Source: a virus
Taxonomy: Duplodnaviria; Caudoviricetes
Strand: one strand, 5' to 3'
Virus record (IMG/VR): IMGVR_UViG_2608642293_000001
Location: 32,001 to 96,000 of that record
DNA: 64,000 bases
Positions 20,665 through 29,448 of the stretch are shown piece after piece. Within the stretch, counting starts at the first letter, position 1, and the number at the start of each line of letters is the position of its first letter. The translations under genes and the position numbers were made by a program. Below the pieces are notes generated by a model. That model had not been told where the DNA came from. It saw nothing but the letters and a program-made list of their open reading frames with translations, and ran no database searches.

Positions 20665-21555
20665 ATGAAAGATTATGAAATTTTAGGTATAGACATAGGA
20701 AATTGCACAACTAAGACTAGCACTGGAATAATATTCGATTCTAAAATTACAGATATTGAACCACTCGGAAAATCAGACATGCTATTCATGGATAAAAAAA
20801 CTTACTGGTTAGGAGAGGGCAATTATGATACCACCTATAAGAAAGTGGATAAACAGAGTTATTTAAAATTACTTTATGGAGCAATAGGGTTGAGCGAACA
20901 ATCTAGTAATAAAATCATCAACAATTGTATAGTTTTGGGACTGCCTTTAAGCCAGTTTAAGGAAGATAAAATGTCTTTAGTTAATATGGTTTTAGCTAAT
21001 AGAGAAAAAATTATAAGAATTAACAATACAGAAAAACAAATCATTATACAGGATGTTGAAGTGTTTCCAGAAGGCGTTGTAACGCTGCCAGATGATTATG
21101 AGGGAATAGTAATAGATATAGGCGGTAGGACAACAGATTGTGCTTTAGTGGTTAACGAGAGAGGTAGAAGAAGGGTTTTAAATCCTATAAGTCTGCCTAC
21201 CGGAACTATAAACTTATACAAAGATTTCATTAATAAGGTCAACAATAAATTTAGTTTAGATTTAGGGATGAATGATGCTGAACGGTTAATGTTGAATGGT
21301 TTATATTTGGATGGAAAGAGGACAAATATTAATTTTGCGGTTGAAGTTTATAAACAGTTTGTAGATAGTCTAATAAGCCGCTTACAGGTTGAGTATTCTT
21401 TGAGAACTAATCGCATTAGTCTTACAGGTGGGGGAGCATTATTGGTTTACGAGCAAATTAGAGATAGATTGGGTGATGGAGTAACCCTTCAGGATAGACC
21501 TACACTAGCAAATGCGAGGGCATATTATGAATTGGGGTGCAGCATATGGCAATAG
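20665..21555 (+). CDS. parM: ParM/StbA-family actin-like ATPase
   Basis: GIDIGNCTTK, VFPEG, IDIGGRTTD, LTGGGA and ANARAY actin-fold motifs. Confidence 0.88.
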   Translation: MKDYEILGIDIGNCTTKTSTGIIFDSKITDIEPLGKSDMLFMDKKTYWLGEGNYDTTYKKVDKQSYLKLLYGAIGLSEQSSNKIINNCIVLGLPLSQFKEDKMSLVNMVLANREKIIRINNTEKQIIIQDVEVFPEGVVTLPDDYEGIVIDIGGRTTDCALVVNERGRRRVLNPISLPTGTINLYKDFINKVNNKFSLDLGMNDAERLMLNGLYLDGKRTNINFAVEVYKQFVDSLISRLQVEYSLRTNRISLTGGGALLVYEQIRDRLGDGVTLQDRPTLANARAYYELGCSIWQ

Positions 21556-21737
21556 TAAAAGCAGTCAGCTTTAAGAATAAAGAGCAGGATTTATTGGATC
21601 ATGTAGGAAAAAGAGATTTCAGTTACTATGTTAAAGATCTTATAAGAAAAGATATGAACGAAAAACTATCAAGCAAGGTACCTGGCAGAAACGAAAATAT
21701 TACAATTAAAAAAAGAAATATTAATTTTGAATTTTAG
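21546..21737 (+). CDS. ParR-like ribbon-helix-helix adaptor
   Basis: Overlaps the parM end; VSFKNKEQDLLDHV...FSYYVKDLIRKDM. Confidence 0.65.
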   Translation: MAIVKAVSFKNKEQDLLDHVGKRDFSYYVKDLIRKDMNEKLSSKVPGRNENITIKKRNINFEF

Positions 21738-21747
21738 GAGGTTTATT

Positions 21748-21918
21748 ATGAAAAAATCAAATAAAAAAGAATCAAGTGAAAAGCCTGAAGTAAATATAAC
21801 TGATATTATAAAAGATTGGACTCAGAACTCTGAAATATTTAAGACTATGGTACCTAATATGAGTTTTAATGATTTGTTATTGTACTGCATAGAAAAGTTC
21901 ACCATTTTACCTAAATAA
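21748..21918 (+). CDS. Hypothetical protein
   Basis: RBS AGGAGG. Confidence 0.55.
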   Translation: MKKSNKKESSEKPEVNITDIIKDWTQNSEIFKTMVPNMSFNDLLLYCIEKFTILPK

Positions 21919-22085
21919 GCCACTTAAAAAGCCTAAATCTAAAATGATAGACTTAGGCTAAGGAGCTATCAGCTCTGCTTGCTGCGCTTCGCTTACGCTA
22001 ATAGCATATGCTACAAGTTTAAAAAAGTTTCCTGTTTATATATATCGGAGATCAATTTTAAGAATAAATTAAGATTTAGTTTAGT

Positions 22086-22154
22086 TTACAGAAAAGTTAT
22101 AACACCTACTGCAACAGTGTAAAATGCAATTGCTCCTAAAGTAAATGTGAACAT
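22086..22154 (-). CDS. 22-aa hydrophobic peptide
   Basis: RBS GAGGTG; MFTFTLGAIAFYTVAVGVITFL. Confidence 0.45.
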   Translation of the reverse strand: MFTFTLGAIAFYTVAVGVITFL

Positions 22155-22228
22155 TTTCTCACCTCACTTTTTATTAATATCTTTATTATTTACAATACTC
22201 AAATAATTATTCAATGGAGGTTTATGAA

Positions 22229-22651
22229 ATGAAAGAAATTACTATGAGTATTCATGATTTCATGGAAATTCAGAGAGGAAACCTTACATTAGAGGAATTA
22301 GAATTAGATTTAGATACTTTAGACAAAATAGCAGGAGAAATTCTCCAGAATCCTGAACTAAAAACGGCAGTTATTACATCAATAGCCTATATGAATATGC
22401 ATATGCGTGTTTATGCTGATGAAATGGACCAATTAAGAAGTGCTAAAGGTGAAATTGTAATAGTATTGCAAGTATGCATTGTTATTATATGTATTGTCAT
22501 GTGCTTGTTAGAAATCGCAAAATCCTTGATTGGAAATAGAAGTTCAGATGTAGGAAGTATTGTGATGAAATATCTTGCTGCTACAGTTGGAACTTGTTTA
22601 GTACCGAGAGTATTTACATGGATAGCACATTTATGCGGAATTAATGTATAA
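22229..22651 (+). CDS. Membrane protein with a pilin-like (VirB2/TrbC-like) two-helix C-terminus
   Basis: VYA|D processing-like site followed by two hydrophobic helices. Confidence 0.5.
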   Translation: MKEITMSIHDFMEIQRGNLTLEELELDLDTLDKIAGEILQNPELKTAVITSIAYMNMHMRVYADEMDQLRSAKGEIVIVLQVCIVIICIVMCLLEIAKSLIGNRSSDVGSIVMKYLAATVGTCLVPRVFTWIAHLCGINV

Positions 22652-22662
22652 GGAGTTTAATT

Positions 22663-22929
22663 ATGAATGAAAGTATATCTAATGCAATTCAAAACGGATT
22701 TGATAAAGTTTCTGATAGTATAAAGGATAAAATTTCTGGCTTTATGATCTATATTTTAAAATCTATAGGAAATTTTGCTTTAGAGAGTTCGGATATAGTT
22801 TGTCCGATAATTTGTTTAATAGCATTAGCTTTTTATATAGGCGGTAATAGAAAGGCTGGTAAATATGTTTCAGGATCATTTGTATTATATTTTATACTTC
22901 AAGCACTTAGAGGTTTTATAAAAGCATGA
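22663..22929 (+). CDS. Small two-TM membrane protein
   Basis: Hydrophobic helices flanking GNRKAGK; ATGA-coupled to the ATPase. Confidence 0.6.
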   Translation: MNESISNAIQNGFDKVSDSIKDKISGFMIYILKSIGNFALESSDIVCPIICLIALAFYIGGNRKAGKYVSGSFVLYFILQALRGFIKA

Positions 22930-25271
22930 AAAGCCTAAAATTATCTAACTATTTTGAATTAGTGAAACCAACCTACCGTTATATTAAAATTACAAGCCAT
23001 AAATCGATTCGCAATTACAATTCTGATAACTTAAGCAAATTTATTGCCCTTACCTACAAAAGCCTTGACAGAAGAATAAGAAAAGAACAAAAGAAGATAT
23101 TCTTCGAAACAACCTTTAAAATTTCCTACATTATAGATATTCAAAATAATGATTGTAGTTTTTATTTCTTGGTTCCTGAAGTGTATTTAAATATGTTATT
23201 TGAGAAAATAACAGAGATATGGAATAAAGCTACTGTTGAAGTTCTAGAGGATCCAATTAAACCTATCTCGGACAATGCTGAAATGTACCAATTATCATAC
23301 AAAAAAGAAGACGCTCTAAGTTTAAAGGTAGATAAAAAATCAAACGAACCTTTAAATTCTATTTTATCAGTTATGGATATTTTAAAGGATGATGATAGAG
23401 TAACAATAATTTATAATTTCTTACCTATAAGCCAGTTTTCATGGTTAGAAAGATATTTAGGGACTATAGAAAAATTAAAAGAAAATAAAATGGTTGATAA
23501 AAAGCAGACATCAATAGAATATTTGATTAAAACTACTGTACTATTTGTTTCAAAAATGATAACAGATTTTCTAAATGTTGTTGATGATTTCACAGGAGGA
23601 AACCCAGAACAGGAGAAAAAAAGCCTTTATGATGTTGTTATAGGGTATATGCAGAACAGAAAAGAATTGTCTCCAGCTACTAAGAAAAAGAAGGAAAGTA
23701 CTGTCCTAGATACTCAAATTGTTGTATTTTCAGAAAGCAAAGATAATATACGAAAAACTAATAATGCTTTGAGTACATGCCAAGCCTATAGGGTTTTGGA
23801 TGAAGACAACGAACTTATGTATAAAAAAGTAAAAAAGAAGATAAGAAAAAAATTCAAGGATATAGAACAAACAGATTATAGAGTAGATTACAATACTATG
23901 AGTGTAGAAGAAGTAGGGAGCACTTGTTTACAAATTCCAGCAAGAAGCCTTTTATATCAATTTAAATTGAAATTTGTTAATGTAGAAGAAGTTCAAATAC
24001 CCGAGAAACTAAGGCAAGGTTACATTACATTAGGAACCAATAAATTCAAAGGGAAAACCTACGAAACTTACTTTGAAGATCATAAAGATATAGGTTCATT
24101 AGGTTTAGTGTTGTTGGCAAGGCAAGGCGGCGGGAAAACAACTTACTTATGCCATTATTCTAAAGATTGCTTATCTAGAAAAGAAAGTATAGTACACATA
24201 GATTTTATTAGAAACAACGAAGCTAGTAAAACAATTGAAAAAGTAGTGCCTAAAGAAGATCTAATAATATTAGATTTAAGCACAGAGGAAGGATTACAAG
24301 CTCTAGCATATAATGAGATTGAATTTACAGAAAATATATCTTTATTTGAAAGGCAGGCTCTAGCTAATAAAAAGGCTGAAATGACAATACAATTAGTAGA
24401 TAGCATAAATGATAATGGAGAACCTTTAAGCCCTAAAATGAGTCGTTATTTAAGTGCTGCAGCTAATGTTATATATATTAAGGAAAATACTACCTTGAAA
24501 GATGTTATAAGATGCCTACAGGATTATAAGTTTAGAGAAGAATCAATTAATACTTGTATTCCAGATGTATTAAAAGAGGAATTTGAAGAAGAAATACAAG
24601 CTTTAGAGGAATTAGATGAATACACAAAAGCTACAAAAGATAACCCAAGCCAAAAATGTGGAACTAAGGATAGTAAAATAGAAGGGATTTTGGACCGTAT
24701 AAGTTTACTAATGAGAGATTTTTATTTAAAGAAGATGTTTAAGAAGAATCCGAAGAATAATATAAATTTCGCTAAAGCCACAGAAGAAGGGAAAGTTATA
24801 TTAATTCGTATGCAACAAAGTAAGTTTAAGGACTATGCAAAGAATGTTATTACTACTTTCTTCATTACTAAAACATGGCTGGCATGTGAGCTTAGAGGGG
24901 ACTTATCCGAGACACAACGAAGAACTCATATAATTATAGATGAAATAAGTCAAACTAAAACAGCGGAAAGATTTTTAGAAAGTAAATTAACTCAAGGTAG
25001 AAAGTTTGGATTTAAACCAGTTCTAGCGCTCCAATATTTAGATCAGCTAGATAAGAAGACAATATATTCACTTAAAGGTGCTGGATGCAGTTTTATGCTG
25101 CTTAAAGGTGCTATAAAAGAAGACTTTGAGTATTTTAAAGATGAAATAGATAACTTTGAATATGAAGATTTAAAGGAAATGAGCAAGACATATAAATATC
25201 CATCGTTTAATATTATCCAGTATTCAGATGGAGTTACAAGTTTTATAACAGAATTGCCTAAACCAGTTTAA
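22926..25271 (+). CDS. VirB4/TraG/HerA-FtsK superfamily P-loop ATPase
   Basis: Walker A ARQGGGKTT, Walker B IIIDEISQ, GRKFG...LALQYLDQL. Confidence 0.75.
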   Translation: MKSLKLSNYFELVKPTYRYIKITSHKSIRNYNSDNLSKFIALTYKSLDRRIRKEQKKIFFETTFKISYIIDIQNNDCSFYFLVPEVYLNMLFEKITEIWNKATVEVLEDPIKPISDNAEMYQLSYKKEDALSLKVDKKSNEPLNSILSVMDILKDDDRVTIIYNFLPISQFSWLERYLGTIEKLKENKMVDKKQTSIEYLIKTTVLFVSKMITDFLNVVDDFTGGNPEQEKKSLYDVVIGYMQNRKELSPATKKKKESTVLDTQIVVFSESKDNIRKTNNALSTCQAYRVLDEDNELMYKKVKKKIRKKFKDIEQTDYRVDYNTMSVEEVGSTCLQIPARSLLYQFKLKFVNVEEVQIPEKLRQGYITLGTNKFKGKTYETYFEDHKDIGSLGLVLLARQGGGKTTYLCHYSKDCLSRKESIVHIDFIRNNEASKTIEKVVPKEDLIILDLSTEEGLQALAYNEIEFTENISLFERQALANKKAEMTIQLVDSINDNGEPLSPKMSRYLSAAANVIYIKENTTLKDVIRCLQDYKFREESINTCIPDVLKEEFEEEIQALEELDEYTKATKDNPSQKCGTKDSKIEGILDRISLLMRDFYLKKMFKKNPKNNINFAKATEEGKVILIRMQQSKFKDYAKNVITTFFITKTWLACELRGDLSETQRRTHIIIDEISQTKTAERFLESKLTQGRKFGFKPVLALQYLDQLDKKTIYSLKGAGCSFMLLKGAIKEDFEYFKDEIDNFEYEDLKEMSKTYKYPSFNIIQYSDGVTSFITELPKPV

Positions 25272-25283
25272 AGACCAAGATAT

Positions 25284-25523
25284 TTAATTATCCTGGTCTT
25301 CCTCATTATCGAAATTATAATGTTGTTTGAAGTAGTGTAGGATTCTGTAAGAGCTTATTCCAAGTTCTTTAGATAACCTGAAAATCACGTTTACAGTTGG
25401 GTTACAAGCGCTAGGGTGCTTTTCCATTTTAGATAGATAAGATTTACTAACCCCAATTTTAAGAGCCAATTCAGTTAAAGAAAGTTCTTTTTCAGTTCGC
25501 TTTTCCTCGAGCAGGCAAACCAC
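25284..25523 (-). CDS. XRE-family HTH regulator
   Basis: LSLTELALKIGVSKSYLSKME. Confidence 0.75.
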   Translation of the reverse strand: MVCLLEEKRTEKELSLTELALKIGVSKSYLSKMEKHPSACNPTVNVIFRLSKELGISSYRILHYFKQHYNFDNEEDQDN

Positions 25524-26018
25524 CTCGGCTAAACAGATTTTTCATTTGTAATTGTAGTATATTTATTATTCTACAATTATTATAATATTCCTCTATTTTC
25601 TACAAAATTTTCAATAATTATTTTAAATATATTAGTTAGGTTTAAAATTATTGTAAATTTAAGACAAAAATAATCAATTATAATTATTGCTTTAAATACA
25701 TTTAAATTCGGACTATGTATTTTAAATGTATATCACAATAAAATGTAAAATATTTACATATTAGACCTAATATTCCATAAAAAATCAAGAAAATGCAATA
25801 TTGAAAGAAGGGACAAAACTCGAATTGAGTCTAACGGTTACTGTCAGTGAACGATTTTAGTTGTATAATTAGATTATAGGAATTGATCAATGTCTTATAG
25901 AAAAAAAGAGAGGGGTTATGAGAAAAAGTTAAAAAATTAACGAATAAAATTAATTGGATAGAAAAGCTTTGAATTGTAATTTTGGAAAACACTTAATATA
26001 TATGTATATCAGAAAAGC

Positions 26019-26246
26019 TTATTTAGGGTAAGGTTTTCTGATGCTAGTCCTACCAAGCAGAAAATCTGTACTAACTTCATAAAAATCAGCAAATAATTCA
26101 ATCATTTGAATAGATGGCTCATATGTACCATTTTCATAATGAGCGTATGCTGATCTAGATATATTAAGTTTTTTAGAGAGCTCGACCTGAGTGAGTTCGG
26201 CTTCGTTTCTAAGATATGTTAATCTTTTAGATAGCAATTTTATCAC
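26019..26246 (-). CDS. XRE-family HTH regulator
   Basis: LTQVELSKKLNISRSAYAHYENG...VSTDFLLGRT. Confidence 0.85.
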   Translation of the reverse strand: MIKLLSKRLTYLRNEAELTQVELSKKLNISRSAYAHYENGTYEPSIQMIELFADFYEVSTDFLLGRTSIRKPYPK

Positions 26247-26428
26247 CTCAACATAATTTTAGCAACAGGACTAGTAAATTGTGCCAAAATGTTAGCAAAA
26301 CGAACAAAATTACAGAAAAAGTAAAGAAGCAAGCAAACGTGTGTTTGCATATATCGGTATTTATGATATAATAAATTTAATGATTGAAATACAAAAAGCT
26401 ATAATATTAGAGACAGGAGTGTTATGTT

Positions 26429-26635
26429 ATGGAAAGAAAAACTTATGAAAATGATGAAGATTATATTTTGGAAGTTCTAGAAGAAGAGGAAGACAACTTA
26501 ACAGAGTTTATGAGGAATAATCTTCCGGATAATTTGAAATTTCAGTTTTCTAAATTTATAGCAGTACGTAATGCGATAGAAAAAATTAAAGAAAAAAACA
26601 TATTTAATAAAGAACTGTACAATAAAACTGTTTGA
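26429..26635 (+). CDS. Hypothetical protein
   Basis: RBS AGGAG; upstream TTGCAT-N16-TATAAT overlapped by the palindrome GCAAACGTGTGTTTGC (26333-26348). Confidence 0.6.
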   Translation: MERKTYENDEDYILEVLEEEEDNLTEFMRNNLPDNLKFQFSKFIAVRNAIEKIKEKNIFNKELYNKTV

Positions 26636-26657
26636 TTTTTGCTAGTATAGTGATAAT

Positions 26658-26694
26658 AAATAAAGGGCCAACTTGAGTAGTTGACCCTTTATTT
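26658..26694. terminator. Bidirectional terminator
   Basis: aaataaagggccaact...agttgaccctttattt between convergent genes. Confidence 0.65.
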
Positions 26695-27119
26695 CATAGA
26701 ATATTATATTCTTTTAATAACTTATATTTATCTCTGCTTACATTATTAGAACCATTTTCCCAACTGCACCAAGCTGTAATGCTTATATTAGTGAGATTAC
26801 ATACTTCCTTTATAGATAAGTTATTTTGTTTTCGATAGTTTAATAACTTTTCACTAGAGTTATTTGTTTCCTCCAAATATGTATCGTAAAAATATTTCGT
26901 ATCAAGATTGAAGTGAAGAGCTAATTTTTGTGAGATTTCTCGTCCAGGTAATTTTCTACCTAATTCAATATCTTTTATACATGATCCTTTACTAAAACCA
27001 ACTATTTCAGCCAATTTATCTTGAGTTAGGTCATTTTTTAATCGATGAAATTTTAACTTATCACCTATAGTTTTGCCAAAATCAAACATATTAATTTTAT
27101 ATGTAGTTAGAATGTTCAT
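26694..27119 (-). CDS. Tandem XRE-HTH protein starting at the prophage junction (candidate directionality factor or regulator)
   Basis: Two HTH units (LTQDKLAEIVG; LSIKEVCNLTNIS...WENG); its ATG lies in cotJC-derived sequence. Confidence 0.75.
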   Translation of the reverse strand: MNILTTYKINMFDFGKTIGDKLKFHRLKNDLTQDKLAEIVGFSKGSCIKDIELGRKLPGREISQKLALHFNLDTKYFYDTYLEETNNSSEKLLNYRKQNNLSIKEVCNLTNISITAWCSWENGSNNVSRDKYKLLKEYNIL

Positions 27120-27274
27120 GGATTTCCTGTTGCATCTGTATAAAATACTGCTTTTCTATGATCAGCATAATGCCCAGCAAGTCCTGCTTTTTTTATCTCT
27201 TCTATAGTTGCATTTTCCATAAGTTGATATACCATTGTAGCAATTATTTCTACATGGGCCATTTCTTCTGTTCC
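27116..27274 (-). pseudogene. cotJC: Internal fragment of spore coat protein CotJC (Mn-catalase family), isolated between two prophages
   Basis: Translates GTEEMAHVEIIATMVYQLMENATIEEIKKAGLAGHYADHRKAVFYTDATGNP*, matching the GTEE.AH.E...GNPW core of CotJC; similarity stops abruptly at both ends. Confidence 0.85.
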
Positions 27275-28929
27275 GTTGACTTAAATGCAGAATTTCCGAA
27301 ATCTTTTCTTTCAAGACTAGAACCGATTGGGACTACTGTTAAAGAATTATTATCACTATCCCAAACTACGAATTTAACAACACTAGATATAAGTCTTTTT
27401 TTATCTTCAAAAGTTTGGGTGAAATCATAGAATTTTTTAAAATTATCATATATATCAAGTATTTCAGAAATATCTTTCTTTATATCAAGGATAGTATCAT
27501 TTTCTGTTTTTAATTTAATAATATTATCTTCCAATTCTTTGTTTTCTTTACGCAGTTGTCTTATTTCATTCTCATAAGTATCAATCATTTCTTCTTCGTT
27601 CGATTTGGCGACCCGCCTTGATAAATTACTAATCATTTCTTTATTTTCAGATATTTTTTTAGTTAACTTAATTATTAAATCATTGTTATTAGTTTTTACA
27701 GCAGCTCTTTGCTTAAAATCTAGATAGGTGTTCATAATCTCGTCTTCAGTCATACTCTTAATTCTATTAACAACATAATCTTCAGCATCATATGCATTTA
27801 GTGAAGTGTTATCACATCTATTTCCGGCTTTATTCTTCAAATTGCAGGTGTAGTACCTGTATATACTTTCAGTACCATTAATAAGTTTATTAAATTGCTT
27901 TCTAGGAGCCATACTAGAACCACAATGCCCACAAATGACCAATCCACTTAAAAGTGCATTTATACTAGTATATTGCCTATTAGATGCTTTTAATTTAATT
28001 TCTTCACAAATATCTTGACATTTAATCCAATCCTGGCTGCATATTATTCCAGGATGGTCACCTATAGATATTAACCAATCTTCTGTAGGCGCAAAGCTGC
28101 CATTTTCTTTTCTTCGATTATAGGGCATTATGCCATTGACACCATTGGCATATTCTCTTCTATAAATTTCACAACCTTCATCTTTAAAGAAATCAAGAAT
28201 TAAATTATCAGCTATAACATAAACTGGATTATTTATCATTTGCTTAACGAGCTCTCTTGAAAAAACGCGTCCTTTACGGCTGTAAATACCTTGATTTTCT
28301 AATGTCAAACTAACTTTTTGAAAACTTTTATATTTTTTAAATAACTCAAATACTAATTTCACAGTTTTAATGTCGTTTTCTTCAATTTGGAGTATATGCT
28401 TTTTTCTACTTTTTCCTCTTAAATCATTATTTTCAACTTGAATAGATATATAGCCTAAAGGAGCAGGTCCACCTAGCCATCTACCAGTTTTACTTAATTC
28501 TCTAAGATTGTCTTGTATACGTTCCGCTATGGTTTCTCTTTCAAGTTGTGCAAAGGTAGCAGATATATTCATCATAGCTCTTCCCATTGCAGTAGAAGTA
28601 TCAAATTGCTCTTTAATACTTACGAAGGAGACATCAAATTTATCTAAAACATTAAGAGTATTAGTGAAGTCTGCAACATTTCTGGAAATTCTATCAAGTC
28701 GATAACAGATAAGATGGGTAAAATATTTATTTTTAATATCTCTCATAAGTTTTTGAAATTGAGGCCTGTTTGTATTGCCTCCAGAAAAGCCTTCATCCTC
28801 ATATACTTCATATTCTGCGATATTTAGAACATTTTGGGCATATTTAATACACATATTAATCTGATTTTCTATAGATTCTCCCTCTTCTGTAAATTTACTT
28901 TTACGAGAATAAATTGCAATTTTAGACAT
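27250..28929 (-). CDS. Large serine recombinase (integrase)
   Basis: IAIYSRKS catalytic motif, YRLDRISR, GGPAPLGY, zinc ribbon LLSGLVICGHCG...YYTC, coiled coil. Confidence 0.95.
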   Translation of the reverse strand: MSKIAIYSRKSKFTEEGESIENQINMCIKYAQNVLNIAEYEVYEDEGFSGGNTNRPQFQKLMRDIKNKYFTHLICYRLDRISRNVADFTNTLNVLDKFDVSFVSIKEQFDTSTAMGRAMMNISATFAQLERETIAERIQDNLRELSKTGRWLGGPAPLGYISIQVENNDLRGKSRKKHILQIEENDIKTVKLVFELFKKYKSFQKVSLTLENQGIYSRKGRVFSRELVKQMINNPVYVIADNLILDFFKDEGCEIYRREYANGVNGIMPYNRRKENGSFAPTEDWLISIGDHPGIICSQDWIKCQDICEEIKLKASNRQYTSINALLSGLVICGHCGSSMAPRKQFNKLINGTESIYRYYTCNLKNKAGNRCDNTSLNAYDAEDYVVNRIKSMTEDEIMNTYLDFKQRAAVKTNNNDLIIKLTKKISENKEMISNLSRRVAKSNEEEMIDTYENEIRQLRKENKELEDNIIKLKTENDTILDIKKDISEILDIYDNFKKFYDFTQTFEDKKRLISSVVKFVVWDSDNNSLTVVPIGSSLERKDFGNSAFKSTEQKKWPM

Positions 28930-28957
28930 CTAATCAACTCCTATTTCAAAAAAAGAA

Positions 28958-29422
28958 TTAAAATATATCATTTCTTAAAACTCCAAATCCTGGTTCAAAA
29001 TAAAGAATTATATTTTCACACTCTTTATACATACCATGTTTGCGTCTATGATACTCAATAGCTTCATCAAAAAACTTATCCGTTAATGTTAAATATTCAG
29101 CAACCTCATATCTGTCATTAGCACCATTTTTAATAGCTCTTACTATTTGTTTTAGACTGCAAACTCTTTCAATACTTTCAGCTCTTGCTGCATTTTCTAA
29201 TTTCTTATTTATTATACTATCTAGGTTTAATATATTTCCTGATGTGGTTTTAAAATGTCCTATTTCCTCTGACAATATCCAGTATTTTTGCTTTTCGCAT
29301 AAATTCTTATTTATAAATAATACTTCATTAAGACAATAACCTGACTCACCCTCTAAATCCATTTCAACTACAACAGCGCCAATATTTTCAGCTTCAACAA
29401 TAAGCTTTTCATATGCAGTCAT
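28958..29422 (-). CDS. ImmA/IrrE-family metallopeptidase (anti-repressor)
   Basis: LSEEIGH motif; lies between integrase and repressor. Confidence 0.8.
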   Translation of the reverse strand: MTAYEKLIVEAENIGAVVVEMDLEGESGYCLNEVLFINKNLCEKQKYWILSEEIGHFKTTSGNILNLDSIINKKLENAARAESIERVCSLKQIVRAIKNGANDRYEVAEYLTLTDKFFDEAIEYHRRKHGMYKECENIILYFEPGFGVLRNDIF

Positions 29423-29448
29423 TAATCCCCCCACCTATCTATTTAAAG

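Larger units (their letters stand above)
1..27116 (+). mobile_element. Prophage 1, right portion (siphovirus-like tail, lysis, accessory region), ending at a junction inside cotJC
   Basis: Tape measure, tail, holin and endolysin genes followed by morons; phage sequence abuts the cotJC fragment at ~27116. Confidence 0.85.

Noticed and set aside
20620-25271. A separate integrated plasmid or ICE
   Set aside because: No relaxase, Rep, integrase or boundary repeats were seen; it lies inside the prophage 1 boundary defined by the cotJC junction
27158-27430. Plus-strand 90-aa ORF across the junction
   Set aside because: Antisense to the cotJC fragment and integrase end; the meaningful frames are on the minus strand
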